From: a virus
Lineage: Duplodnaviria > Caudoviricetes
Virus record (IMG/VR): IMGVR_UViG_3300017914_002150
Span: 1-48,335 of that record
Direction: 5' to 3' (one strand)
Length of the DNA: 48,335 nucleotides
In this document: positions 1-10,365 of the stretch, piece by piece
How the letters are laid out: each line of letters starts with the position of its first letter
Position numbering within the stretch: the stretch's first letter is position 1
The notes under the pieces: model-generated
The model's input: the letters and a program-made list of their open reading frames with translations, nothing else
The model's database searches: none
What the model was told of the DNA's origin: nothing
Translations under genes and position numbers: made by a program

Positions 1-78
1 ATAGATAGCATGTTGTTTATGCCAAGAAATCAAAAAGATTGTGATAAAGTTGGTGAGATATTAAAAGAAATTTTGTAG
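1..78 (+). CDS. 3' end of a convergent plus-strand gene, possibly an endonuclease I-like (PD-(D/E)XK) nuclease; truncated by window edge
   Basis: Frame 1 reads IDSMLFMPRNQKDCDKVGEILKEIL then TAG (76-78). It resembles the 'LYKPQNQKECD' C-terminus I recall from endonuclease-I-like genes of Bacteroidota phages. Confidence 0.45.
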   Translation: MDSMLFMPRNQKDCDKVGEILKEIL

Positions 79-83
79 ATTTG
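76..83 (+). promoter_or_regulatory. Candidate Bacteroidota -7 promoter box (TAGATTTG)
   Basis: Matches TAnnTTTG. It overlaps the stop codon of the partial gene and points into the intergenic region. Confidence 0.3.
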
Positions 84-133
84 ATTTTCATTTAGTTAAG
101 AATTATTTGTTTTTTGTTTTAATTTAGTTTGAC

Positions 134-172
134 AAAAGAAAGGGGGCAACACACGTGATTGTCCCTTTTTTT
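134..172. terminator. Intrinsic terminator between convergent genes, probably bidirectional
   Basis: AAAAGAAAGGGGGCAA-CACACGTGA-TTGTCCCTTTTTTT hairpin with a T-tract on the plus strand and a T-rich tail on the minus strand; lies at the convergence point. Confidence 0.75.
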
Positions 173-3100
173 ATTCTAACTTACCTTTAGATAAGTCATT
201 ATATATAGACCATGTTCTTGCTGGTATCCTTCTTCCTGCTTTTATAGACATTCTTATAACCATTGATTTATCTTCTCCACTTAAGTCTGGTCCATACCAC
301 TTGTATATTTCACGCGCTTGTAGTTCTGAGTTGTTTTGGTATGCTATATCAAAGTACTTTTGATTTACATCTCTGTTCTTCATATATCTTGTATACCTTC
401 TTAAATATATAGCTCGCATTTGTGGAGGAAAGGTTTCTTTTATAAAATCTCGGACTTCTTGTGGAAGTACAGTTGCTTTATCAAGCTCACCATTTTCATT
501 TAGTCTCTTAATCATGGTGTACACTTTTTGTTCATTGTTGTAGGTATCAGACTTTTGTCTCAACAACTCTATTTGTCTGTCGTTTATTTCTTCGTATGAT
601 TTTATATTAGGATTTGTTGTTCTTTTTACTTTAGCAGAAACATCACTTGATATAGTTTTTATAAACTGATCAATTGTTTGAGTTCTAGAACCCCATTCAG
701 TTGGAATAACATTAGCTATGCCGTATATCATAGACATCAATAAATTAGTCTTTGGGTTTGTGACTATCTTTTCTAAGGCAGCCTGAGATCTTATAGGTGA
801 AACACTTATACCCATTCCAGCTAAACCTTGAGATACAAATTTATATAGATTGTTTACTTTATCATTTTGTAATCCTTCGTATTCTGGAAGCACGTCTTCA
901 GGACCAAAGTATATTTTCTTGTCAAAGAAAGTATCTTCATTTCCGATGTATGTAATTGCTGCTGATACCGTTGGAATTCGTGCATCTAAATCATATGGTG
1001 TTACTGGTAGTGCTTTTAAAAATGCATCTTTAGTAGTTTCTAAATCAAAGTCTATATTTAAGTTATACTTTTTGTTTAAATAAGATAAACCAGCCTGATT
1101 ACCTAAAGTTGCAACTAAAGCTGTTGCAGGGTTTCTTCTTATTCTAACATATTCTATGTTACCTTGTTCATCTAAACCAATTGGTATTAATGTATACTGT
1201 GTTTTTTCCCATGTACCTGTATCGTCATTAAATTTCTTCATCAATTTTCTAGCTTCATCTTCATCATTACCAACTAATCCTTGTAATATCATGTAAGATA
1301 AGACAGGTGTTGCTCCTGCAAACAATAACGCTTGAGTATATTTGATAGCTGTAATTTTTGGATCTTCTTGAAATGCTTCTCCAACCTTCCTTGTTCCCTG
1401 AAATGCTGCATTTAAATATGGTGCTACCTTGTCTATACCTTTTATAGTGTTCCCTCCTTCTGAGAAGTTTATAGTATTTCTGGCTGCCAATGCTGCTTCG
1501 TGCATTATGTCTTCTAAAGCCTGTCCTGTTGGATTAAGACCATGAGCCTTTATGTATTCTTTTAAGAGGTTGCTTTTTTGTTTTTGATATGCAGCTAATC
1601 TAAATGTAAGCTCAGATGTTTGACCAATATATGAAAGAGCTTGTCCTAATCTTAAAGCAATTTTCTGTCCTGTATTTTTTAGTCTACCATATTCTTTTCT
1701 CTTTTGTAGGTCTTTGATACCTTCTCTAGAAAGATAATCCATAGAACCACCATGCATTGCAAACTCTCTATAAAGTTTATCAAATGAAGAACTAGTACCT
1801 AACACTTCAGTAAACTCAGTCATGTCAGACCTCATCTTTCTTGCAGCAATAGTAATTGCATCAATCCCTAATTCTACCGCTGCCTTAGGAAGAAATGCAC
1901 TATATATTTTGTTGTTTAGTAGGATATTGCTGAAATCCATAGGAGCTGCTGGTAACACAAACAAAGGGTTCCCTATTGTAGCCATGTATCTTAATGTTCT
2001 AGCACCAAGTATCCAATCCAGCTTCATATTGTCTACTAACTGCATTGCTTTAGTGTAATTTTCTGGCTTTATGTCTAACATTTGTCTTGCCATTTCAGTG
2101 TCCATAACAATGAACTTAGGCTTTCCTTTGTCATAAAACTTTAATACTGAAGTACCCTTGGGCCTGTTTTTATCTCTATCTGATTCGTGCTTATATTTAA
2201 GCCTATACACTGGCTCACTTGCCTTGTCTACAGTCCCCCTGGTATCTCCAACTTTAACTTTACCTATTACTGGATTGTCATATATAAGACCCTCAAACGC
2301 TTCTTTGTTATTTTCATATGCATCGTTAAAAGCTGTCAACATTTTATTTGCAAAGACTTTGTTTTGTGTAACTGCTGTGTGCATACGAAGCAACCAACGC
2401 ACATCGTTGATAATCTCCTGAGAGTTTTGATCAGTTAAGCTTTTTATATCCTGCTTGCTTAGACCATACTTGAGCATGATATGATCAAATTGTTCTCCGT
2501 CATACAAGCCTTCGTTGTCTTGTACAATGTTTTGTATTGCAAGCATAGGACTGTACTCAACATCCTTAAACCTCAAGTAAGTTTCTTCATCTATTCTACC
2601 TGCTTTATATAATAGCCTTAGATTATTAGAGAAGCCGTCAAATACTGCGTTAGCTCTTTCCATCAATTCATTAAACTTACCTTCTCCTATATTATCTTGT
2701 AGGCTATTTAATATTCCTTGAGCAATGTTTCCGTCTATTCTTACCTCTTCACCTTTTTCATTGAGACCAACTCTATCATACGCAGTGTCACCTCTCCTAG
2801 CTCTACTTTCATTAATAGATATAACACGTCTTAACTGCACTATTTTGTTTAAATTGTCCTCATCTTTAGCCTTTAATCCCTTAAATGCCTTTTCATGATA
2901 CTCATCAAATTGTGCTGCTGCTGCACCATTAGAGCCCTGTGAAGTCTTCATTACGTTATAAGCCCTAATAGCCTCTTTACTACCCTCGCCTTTTAAAAAC
3001 TTACCTATCTGTCTTTGTCTATCAAAAGTGTTTCCTAAAGATCGACCAATTTTTCCCATCAAAGTTTTCTTAGGCTTAGTTAATTCAGCTGCTTTCTTTG

Positions 3101-6100
3101 CACTTCTATCGTATAAGTCATCAAATGCCTTAATCTGTTCTTCAGTGGCTCTAGACTGCTGAAGCATGGTGCCTGAAGGAACGAATGGCTTTGGTCTATT
3201 ATCTTCATTAAAGAATTCAATCTTACCTCTAGCGTACACTCTAGTGCCTACCATTGTAGCTTCTTCAGCATACCTGACTGGCTTACCATCTAACGTTTCA
3301 AACAACTGAGTATCCTTGGGATTAAATCTAATCTCAGTTCCTGTATATTTTTGTTTATCTAACTCAATATCTTGGTAGAGACCATCTACTGAAGCAAGAG
3401 GAAACTTGTTCTTAATATTGTTCTTTACTTCGTATATAGATTTCTGATGTGTATTAAAGTAAGCATCTTTTAAAGTGACTGCTGCATCATATTTTATGGC
3501 TTCTCCTTTAAAAAACCCTGACACACCATTAGTTTTTTTGTACGACTCACCAGAACCTCTGTGTATTGTTTGCACAGGAACGCCAGTATTTTTAAATACA
3601 TTAAGGTTAAGTCTAACTCCGACTTTATCTCCTGTTTTAACTGGTATTTTTTTAGCAATAATCTTTTGAGACGCTTTATCTTTTGACAACGCATCATCAA
3701 CCTGCTTTCTTGTTATTCTCTTTGGTGTAGCCCTTTGTAGCAGTGTTATAGTTTCTTGTGGTGTTACTTCTTTTAAAGTACTTGTTGGTTGACCTCCCAT
3801 TGCTGCACGTGCTGCTTGTGACTTAGCCCTTTGCCCTAGAGGTGTTTGATTTCCTGTCTTTGGAACAAAATTTGGCGCAACTTTTCTAACATCATATGCT
3901 TCATTAAAGACCATTATAGGACTTCCCTTTACTACAAAAGGATAGGATGGATGTGTTTTTATTGAGGTTGTTTTTCTGCTGTCTATAATATCGCTATTCT
4001 TATCAAATTGAATCGCTGATACAATATCACCATATTCAACTTTAGATAATGCTGGGTCGTTAACATATTCAGACATGGTTATTCCATGTTTTGAGTTTCT
4101 ATTCTTAACATTATCGCCAAAATCAAACCTTGGTATTCCAGTTTCTTTTTCCATTCCAGCGTTAAACAGCTTACTATAGAATCCATTTCTTGACTCATAG
4201 TTAGTTGCCTTTTCTCCACTATATGGAAATAATTTTGATAAATCATTTATGTCGTTTACCCTACCTGGAAGACCTTTAGATTGTAAGTAATCTGAGTAAC
4301 TTGTACCTTTCTTGTACGAACTCTCCAATACTTCATTTATTCTGTCTAGAATAAAATTTGAGTCCGCTCCATTGTTTACTGCATTATAAACCTCTTTGAT
4401 AGCATATTCTTGAAATGAATTACTACCTAAAATTCCTGAACTAGCTTGACTCATCACAAGCCCAACACCATCAGTTTCTTTTGCTTTATTTAAAACTTTT
4501 CTGGCGTTTGTTTCATCAGTGAAAGCCCATGCACCTTGTTCAAGATATGGATACAAAAATCCACCCATAAAGTCATGCTCTACTCCAGTTGGAGACATTA
4601 TTCGTCCAGTCACTGCTTGATCCGCTGCAAATATGAATGCTCTAGCACCATCAAGGTCACTTAGCGTACCACGCTTTATTTTATTTACGTCCACGCCTAA
4701 TCTGGAAACAAGTTGTAAGTCTATTTTTCTACCAGTTGGCTTGTCATTCTGCGCCGATATTACAATAGACCCTAATTCCTGACCAGCTTCTATGTTTTCA
4801 CCTCTACTTACTTTCTCTAGGTTTTCTACGTTAAGAGACAGCACCTCCGCCTTAGTAATTTTTTTCCCTTGAGAAACTTTACCACTAAGAGTGTTTAAAA
4901 GATTTTTAATATTAAGGTCTTGTATATCTTTATCAGTAAACAAGTCTTTCATTCCTAAAGCACGTGCAGTATTATTAACCCACTGCTTTATCTTTTGTCT
5001 GGTGTTAGCTTTAAATTTAGTTTCTGATGCTGCTATTTTACCAAACAACTCACTAAGTCTTTCCTCGTTCTGTATACTTTCATCATACTGCTCAACAAAA
5101 GCATCAATTTCAGCTTCTAACCCTGTGCCTGCAATATCCCCTTTAATGGCATTAAGCATCGCCTCAAGGCTTCCTTTGTACTTAGATGGATCAATACCAA
5201 ATGCCTTCTTTAACAATACGTGAAAGGCTTCGTGTGCGGCCGTAGTTTTATCAGCTTTAGTCAGATTAATGTGTAGTATTCCATTGCCATCAAATGCTCC
5301 TCTTGCACCACCCTCAACTTCTTTTGCTTCTGGTATAGCCTGTTCAAATGAATCGTTTGTTTCGTGAATCACCATACCCATTTCAGGAGCTATATTTTCT
5401 AATGCATTCTTAACATTTTCAACCGACTGAACTAATTCTATTTTATCTGAATCTAGTGTTGGATCAAGTGAATCCTTATACTCTTGTAGCTTGGTATTGT
5501 CTGTAAGATCAACTCCATCTGCAATATAAGGTGCTTGAACTGTTTCTTGTACTTCGCCTTTTTCTAGCACAAACTCATTTGCTTTGGTATTTACTACTCT
5601 TTCTTTTCCAAATGAAGTTACAATATCATTTATTTGTTGCTGATAATCATTAAATCTTTTTTGTAAACCTTCTATGGCTTGATTCTTTTGCTCTTCAGTT
5701 AAGTTAGTAGAATTTAAAATCTTAGGAATATAGCTATTCATTTCCACTTGCTTTTCATATAGAGTTTTAATTCTATCAGCATATTCTTGGGGAATGTTTT
5801 TAGCTATTTCATCTACAGATTTATTTATATCTCTAAGTTCTTCAACGTATCCGTTTCTAGTTTCTTTTAGAACAATCTTTTCTTCTACAGACAACGAAGG
5901 CTTTGTTAATTGATCTTCTATACTAGCTACTTCTTTTATCAATTCTTCCTGTCTCTGTTTTTGTTCGTCTGTTTTGACAGCTGACATAGTTTCGTATCCT
6001 AGAGCCAATGTTTTAGCTCCTGCACCACCTACCATACCTTGTAATAGTGCCTCTATAGCAGGCTTAGATACCATATACTCACCCAATATTTTCCCTATAT

Positions 6101-7418
6101 CTCCTGGTTCTCTTTTAGCTGCAAGCTCATTCATTTTTTCTAATATAGCCTGGAAATATTCGGTTCCTCCCTCAACCCCTGAGGCTATTGTAGCTTGAAC
6201 AAACTTGTTTACAACACCTGCACCTTTAGACATAACTCCACCCAAGACTTCGTCTATACCTAGTTTTTCTAGTCCATGTGCTAAAACACCAACCATTAAT
6301 CCTGGTAAGATTTCTTGTTGTTTTGTTTTGTATAACTCTTGTGTTGTTATTCCTAGGTCTTTAGCTTTAGCTTGATTGTATGACTCTATTGATCTAGCTA
6401 TCATGTCAGTTGCTAAGCCAACCCCACCTGTAAGTCTTGATTGTATTGCACTGGCTCCAAAAGATGTCATGGCATTAAATGCACCAGCAATAAACTTACC
6501 TGAATTGTCAAGAGTTACTTCTGGTAGCTTAACAGACACTAGACCTCCACCAACCATCATAGGCATATTTAGAGTAGTCATATCAGTAAATCCTAAAGTT
6601 GGACCAACATACGACTTCATCTTCTGTATTTTTGCATCTGCCTCAGCAAAATAAGCGTCCGTATCTATATCGGTAAGTTGTTTTATTTCGTCTTTAAGAC
6701 CCAAATCACCAACCTCCTTCATAAAAACACCCATAAGCCAGTCAGCATATGGCACTGTAGAAACTAATTGATTAGCTAAATTACCCATGCTAGTAAATAA
6801 GGAGTCTGCTGTGCCTATCTCCTCCTTACCCTCGGCAACTCTTTGTAATCTTTCTTTTCTTTCCTGTCTAGCTTTAGCATCACCAGCAGAAATTCTGTAA
6901 GCTTCTTCTTCTTCTGTTATTGGAAGTATTTCTCCTTGATCTCTTGGCTCTTCAAGTTCACGGTTTTCTTCTTGAGCTTTTTTCTCTACGTATCCAGTAA
7001 ATTCTTCCCACGCCTTGTCAAGTTTCTCTTGTTTGTGCTGTTTAGCAATTTCGTTAGGATCAACTCCTGGCTCGTATCCGTAATTGAATACTGTATCTTC
7101 CTTTTGCGAAGGACCAAACCCAGTCTCGACTTGATTTTTTTTTTGAGTACTAACACTTTCAGTTACACCTATGTGTGACTTGAATTGTTCTATAGTTCCC
7201 CTATAACCACCAGATACTGCAAGCTCATACGCATCTGTACACGCCTCATCGTTGCTACAAAGTAACTGCATGAAATCATTTTTGTCACCTTGATATCCTC
7301 TATCCCAAAAGTCAGAGTACACATCATTAAAAAATGACTCGTTTCTGGCTGGCATCTTTGGTTCAGCTTGCTGTGTAGGTGCTTGTGGTGATTGTAAGTT
7401 TACATTTTCTTCTTCCAT
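171..7418 (-). CDS. Large internal virion/ejection protein (2415 aa) of large-polyvalent-protein type, with a zincin HExxH motif and an LPD38-like C-terminus
   Basis: Last and largest of three helical, Ala/Gly-rich genes after the tail genes. Contains TAAHEAFH...EERLSELF at ~5220-5240. The C-terminal 'RLAAY...AARNTINFSEGG...PYLNAAFQG' is typical of LPD38-like regions. Confidence 0.7.
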   Translation of the reverse strand: MEEENVNLQSPQAPTQQAEPKMPARNESFFNDVYSDFWDRGYQGDKNDFMQLLCSNDEACTDAYELAVSGGYRGTIEQFKSHIGVTESVSTQKKNQVETGFGPSQKEDTVFNYGYEPGVDPNEIAKQHKQEKLDKAWEEFTGYVEKKAQEENRELEEPRDQGEILPITEEEEAYRISAGDAKARQERKERLQRVAEGKEEIGTADSLFTSMGNLANQLVSTVPYADWLMGVFMKEVGDLGLKDEIKQLTDIDTDAYFAEADAKIQKMKSYVGPTLGFTDMTTLNMPMMVGGGLVSVKLPEVTLDNSGKFIAGAFNAMTSFGASAIQSRLTGGVGLATDMIARSIESYNQAKAKDLGITTQELYKTKQQEILPGLMVGVLAHGLEKLGIDEVLGGVMSKGAGVVNKFVQATIASGVEGGTEYFQAILEKMNELAAKREPGDIGKILGEYMVSKPAIEALLQGMVGGAGAKTLALGYETMSAVKTDEQKQRQEELIKEVASIEDQLTKPSLSVEEKIVLKETRNGYVEELRDINKSVDEIAKNIPQEYADRIKTLYEKQVEMNSYIPKILNSTNLTEEQKNQAIEGLQKRFNDYQQQINDIVTSFGKERVVNTKANEFVLEKGEVQETVQAPYIADGVDLTDNTKLQEYKDSLDPTLDSDKIELVQSVENVKNALENIAPEMGMVIHETNDSFEQAIPEAKEVEGGARGAFDGNGILHINLTKADKTTAAHEAFHVLLKKAFGIDPSKYKGSLEAMLNAIKGDIAGTGLEAEIDAFVEQYDESIQNEERLSELFGKIAASETKFKANTRQKIKQWVNNTARALGMKDLFTDKDIQDLNIKNLLNTLSGKVSQGKKITKAEVLSLNVENLEKVSRGENIEAGQELGSIVISAQNDKPTGRKIDLQLVSRLGVDVNKIKRGTLSDLDGARAFIFAADQAVTGRIMSPTGVEHDFMGGFLYPYLEQGAWAFTDETNARKVLNKAKETDGVGLVMSQASSGILGSNSFQEYAIKEVYNAVNNGADSNFILDRINEVLESSYKKGTSYSDYLQSKGLPGRVNDINDLSKLFPYSGEKATNYESRNGFYSKLFNAGMEKETGIPRFDFGDNVKNRNSKHGITMSEYVNDPALSKVEYGDIVSAIQFDKNSDIIDSRKTTSIKTHPSYPFVVKGSPIMVFNEAYDVRKVAPNFVPKTGNQTPLGQRAKSQAARAAMGGQPTSTLKEVTPQETITLLQRATPKRITRKQVDDALSKDKASQKIIAKKIPVKTGDKVGVRLNLNVFKNTGVPVQTIHRGSGESYKKTNGVSGFFKGEAIKYDAAVTLKDAYFNTHQKSIYEVKNNIKNKFPLASVDGLYQDIELDKQKYTGTEIRFNPKDTQLFETLDGKPVRYAEEATMVGTRVYARGKIEFFNEDNRPKPFVPSGTMLQQSRATEEQIKAFDDLYDRSAKKAAELTKPKKTLMGKIGRSLGNTFDRQRQIGKFLKGEGSKEAIRAYNVMKTSQGSNGAAAAQFDEYHEKAFKGLKAKDEDNLNKIVQLRRVISINESRARRGDTAYDRVGLNEKGEEVRIDGNIAQGILNSLQDNIGEGKFNELMERANAVFDGFSNNLRLLYKAGRIDEETYLRFKDVEYSPMLAIQNIVQDNEGLYDGEQFDHIMLKYGLSKQDIKSLTDQNSQEIINDVRWLLRMHTAVTQNKVFANKMLTAFNDAYENNKEAFEGLIYDNPVIGKVKVGDTRGTVDKASEPVYRLKYKHESDRDKNRPKGTSVLKFYDKGKPKFIVMDTEMARQMLDIKPENYTKAMQLVDNMKLDWILGARTLRYMATIGNPLFVLPAAPMDFSNILLNNKIYSAFLPKAAVELGIDAITIAARKMRSDMTEFTEVLGTSSSFDKLYREFAMHGGSMDYLSREGIKDLQKRKEYGRLKNTGQKIALRLGQALSYIGQTSELTFRLAAYQKQKSNLLKEYIKAHGLNPTGQALEDIMHEAALAARNTINFSEGGNTIKGIDKVAPYLNAAFQGTRKVGEAFQEDPKITAIKYTQALLFAGATPVLSYMILQGLVGNDEDEARKLMKKFNDDTGTWEKTQYTLIPIGLDEQGNIEYVRIRRNPATALVATLGNQAGLSYLNKKYNLNIDFDLETTKDAFLKALPVTPYDLDARIPTVSAAITYIGNEDTFFDKKIYFGPEDVLPEYEGLQNDKVNNLYKFVSQGLAGMGISVSPIRSQAALEKIVTNPKTNLLMSMIYGIANVIPTEWGSRTQTIDQFIKTISSDVSAKVKRTTNPNIKSYEEINDRQIELLRQKSDTYNNEQKVYTMIKRLNENGELDKATVLPQEVRDFIKETFPPQMRAIYLRRYTRYMKNRDVNQKYFDIAYQNNSELQAREIYKWYGPDLSGEDKSMVIRMSIKAGRRIPARTWSIYNDLSKGKLE

Positions 7419-9148
7419 TAGTCTACCGTGTAACTATTATACTTACCTTTCTCTTGATTAGCTTTTATTCTAGCATCTAATATTTTTTGCCAGTCTTTGA
7501 ATTGAATTGGATCCCTTCCAGTTGCGGTTAATATAGCATTGTAATCAGACATGTTTGCAGGTCTGTACTTTGTTCGCATTGGTTGCTTTGTATAGACAGG
7601 AACACTTGCTCCAGTATTAGGATCCAACGTCATTTGCGGAGTTCCGTCTGGATTCTTAGCAGGAACTTGTGCGTCATATGCAAATTCAACTTCTACATAA
7701 CCTGACTCTGCGTCTGCCATATCTCCCATCCACATAACATTTTGTGCTTTAGTTCCTGGAGGTAATTTGTTTGCTTGTATGTCGGCTTCTAAGTTTATAA
7801 AGTCACCCCTTTCTTTTCCAGTTCCTAGAATGACATTGTCCATGTTAATACCTTTTCCATTAGTTGGATAGTTAGCCACTACTAATCTGTCTTCATCACT
7901 ATCAGTATATCTTCTTTTTTCTTGAGCCGATTTAGTCATTGGAGTCCTCATGGACTTAGCTCTTTCGACTGGATCATCGTAAGGTTTAGAAGACTCCATA
8001 GCACGTAGCTCGTTCATAAGCTTGTTGTTAAGACCTTGTTTTAAGGCATCATCTATAGCTTTTACTTTCTCTGGGTTGTCTTCATATCCTAGAACATCAT
8101 TGTCTGTAATACCCAACTCATTAAAGTCAGCATTTAATTTCTTAAGTGCATCTAGCTTTTCTGTTTGAGATAATCCCCTTATAGCTATAGACATAAGCTC
8201 GTCTTGATCTGGACTTAGTTTTCTACCACCGTCACCATCAGGTTGTGTGTATCTTGTATATTCACGACTACCAGCTCTGTATATGTCTCCAGCTTTCTCT
8301 AAGCTTGTAATGCGATCTGTCATGGCGTTTAAGTCAGCACCTGGCTCATTTTGTAATAAGCTTGAAAGCTTGCTCATTGGAATTCTAGTGGCTTTACTCA
8401 TGTCCACACTTCTCCTAGCCTCTCTTTTAGTCATGCCTTCACCAATCTTCATCGCAACTTGACCTGTTCCTGCATTAGATACTGTTGTAGTTTTTGTTTC
8501 TCCTATTTGTATTTTACCGTCAACTACTTTTGACTCAATGCTTGTAGGAACTTTAGTTGCTGTGGATGGATCCGCCTCTTGTCCTGGAATCCTTATTTCT
8601 ACATTACCGTTAGCATCTACTCCAAAGGCTACATTTTCTGTCATATCCTCTAACTGTCGTAGCTTCATATGATCAGCCTCAGAGTCTGTTCCTGCTTGTA
8701 TTTTCTTATCTAACTCTGCTTTAAATGCTGATATCTTTTCGAATACACCAGATTTAAGTTGGCCGATCTGCCCTTTCATTCTTGCGTTTCTTCTGCGAAC
8801 CTCGTTCTCATCAATCTTACCCATTCTGTACAGCTGATTTGTCATCTCGTACTCAGACTTTAATACACTAGCTAGCTTCTGTCCTGCTTCATCTACGTCT
8901 GTAATTCCTGTGTCAGTGAATTGATCTTCATATGCAAGAGCTCCATACAGATCTGCTTGTTCTTTTTCGAAATCTTTTCTTGCTTGAGTAAATTTTTCTT
9001 GAGCATCTTGCTCTCTAATTTTTTTTCTCTCCGCAATATCTCCAGCTCTAAATGCGATATCCGCAAACCCTGTCGTACTACCAGAACCACGTCTACCACC
9101 TCCTTGATTTTGTGCTGCAAAACCTGCTGCTAATGCTCCTTTTGCCAT
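7418..9148 (-). CDS. Putative internal virion/ejection protein 2 (576 aa)
   Basis: Lies between the pilot-like gene and the giant ejection gene; Gly/Ala-rich N-terminus followed by coiled coil; TAATG stop/start coupling with the next gene. Confidence 0.55.
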   Translation of the reverse strand: MAKGALAAGFAAQNQGGGRRGSGSTTGFADIAFRAGDIAERKKIREQDAQEKFTQARKDFEKEQADLYGALAYEDQFTDTGITDVDEAGQKLASVLKSEYEMTNQLYRMGKIDENEVRRRNARMKGQIGQLKSGVFEKISAFKAELDKKIQAGTDSEADHMKLRQLEDMTENVAFGVDANGNVEIRIPGQEADPSTATKVPTSIESKVVDGKIQIGETKTTTVSNAGTGQVAMKIGEGMTKREARRSVDMSKATRIPMSKLSSLLQNEPGADLNAMTDRITSLEKAGDIYRAGSREYTRYTQPDGDGGRKLSPDQDELMSIAIRGLSQTEKLDALKKLNADFNELGITDNDVLGYEDNPEKVKAIDDALKQGLNNKLMNELRAMESSKPYDDPVERAKSMRTPMTKSAQEKRRYTDSDEDRLVVANYPTNGKGINMDNVILGTGKERGDFINLEADIQANKLPPGTKAQNVMWMGDMADAESGYVEVEFAYDAQVPAKNPDGTPQMTLDPNTGASVPVYTKQPMRTKYRPANMSDYNAILTATGRDPIQFKDWQKILDARIKANQEKGKYNSYTVD

Positions 9149-9154
9149 ATCTTA

Positions 9155-9946
9155 TTAATTACCTGTTAACGGGTTAACATAATTTGGATTTACCCCAAAG
9201 CCACCGTACTGAGGTGTAGAACTAAGCACACTAGAAGACGTTGGGCTTAATGATGATCCTTGACCCATTCCAGAAGCTATTGGTTGAAATTGAGTTGCTT
9301 GTCCAAGACCCTGCATGAAGTTTCCTTCAGCCATTGCTCGTGTTTCTGGATTTAAGCCAGCCATAAACTGTGATCCTGCTGCCTGCTTTTTCAATGCTGC
9401 CGTTCCTGCACCTTCAATTTTTGGTTTAGCGTCTGGCAGTCCCTGAGTCATTGCTGCTGCTGAGGCTGCTACACCTTGTATCCCTGTCCACATTTGTTCT
9501 CTACCAGCTGCCATCTCTTGACCAAGACCAGCAATCTCAGTTGATTCACGCTGCTCTCTCATCGTTCTAATGTTAGCTTCTTCTTGTGCAATTGCTTGTT
9601 GTCTTGCAACCTCTTGTCTATCTAGGTCTGCTGCAATTTGTTGTTGTTGTGCTTGTGACTGAGCTCCTACTTGAGCTGCTCCACCTACAATACCTCTAAC
9701 ACCTCCAGACCTTAAAGCCTGCACTGTGCTTTCGGCTTGCCTTGTAGCTGCTAGTGTCTGCATCTCTGCACCTAATGTAGATATTCTTAGGTCTTTAGCT
9801 ACGTTAGTGAGTTCTTGTCTTTGGAAATTTTCTAGTGCTTCTTTTGCTCTCTTTGCTCTTTTTGCGCCTGAGACAGCCTGTGCGGCTCCTGCTGCTGCTG
9901 AAACTCCTGCTGCAATTGCTAATGCTGTTCCTGTTGCTACTGCCAT
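9155..9946 (-). CDS. Putative pilot/ejection protein 1 (263 aa), analogous to T7 gp14 or P22 gp7
   Basis: Hydrophobic Ala/Gly N-terminus MAVATGTALAIAAGVSAAAGAAQAVSG, then KRAKRAK and a Gln/Ala coiled coil; typical position. Confidence 0.65.
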   Translation of the reverse strand: MAVATGTALAIAAGVSAAAGAAQAVSGAKRAKRAKEALENFQRQELTNVAKDLRISTLGAEMQTLAATRQAESTVQALRSGGVRGIVGGAAQVGAQSQAQQQQIAADLDRQEVARQQAIAQEEANIRTMREQRESTEIAGLGQEMAAGREQMWTGIQGVAASAAAMTQGLPDAKPKIEGAGTAALKKQAAGSQFMAGLNPETRAMAEGNFMQGLGQATQFQPIASGMGQGSSLSPTSSSVLSSTPQYGGFGVNPNYVNPLTGN

Positions 9947-10347
9947 ACCTTTAACATTTCAGTTACGTTATCATCTGAAACCAGATAGCCTGATTTCTTA
10001 TATTTATTTAGCAGGCTCTTGTTCTTTAATATAACGTGAGCATACTTGTATCCTCTTTCATCTGCCAGCAGCAATATACTATCAATTAGTAGTTGTATTG
10101 CGTCTGACCTATCGTTGTCTTTGTACTCTTTATTAGATACAACAAACTCTGTTAATGCAACCTTTGAGTTTGTCAAGTATATAAAACCTGCACAAATATC
10201 AACATCCCCTTTAGACACCATAAGTCCTCCAGTTCCATTTTCTGGGAGAAAATCCTTAGGAATTACTTCCCAACCCCAGGCTTTCCACCAGTCTACAAGG
10301 GTGTTTTCATAGTCCCCTTCGACCAGTCTTCTTATATTAAATTCCAT
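9937..10347 (-). CDS. GNAT-fold acetyltransferase-like protein (136 aa) in a T7 gp13-like position
   Basis: 'IRRL...EFVVSNKEY...LIDSILLLADERGYKY...LLNKYKKSGY' GNAT pattern; lies immediately before the ejection genes. Confidence 0.6.
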   Translation of the reverse strand: MEFNIRRLVEGDYENTLVDWWKAWGWEVIPKDFLPENGTGGLMVSKGDVDICAGFIYLTNSKVALTEFVVSNKEYKDNDRSDAIQLLIDSILLLADERGYKYAHVILKNKSLLNKYKKSGYLVSDDNVTEMLKVWQ

Positions 10348-10352
10348 TAATG

Positions 10353-10364
10353 CAAAGATACTAA
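10353..10364 (-). promoter_or_regulatory. Bacteroidota-type -7 promoter TTAG-TATCTTTG
   Basis: TAnnTTTG ends 5 nt upstream of the ATG at 10347; an identical 12-mer occurs at 14623-14634. Confidence 0.7.
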
Positions 10365-10365
10365 T

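Noticed and set aside
171-7418. Virion RNA polymerase
   Set aside because: I found no DxDxD catalytic motif in a polymerase context, and the features fit an LPD38-type ejection protein.
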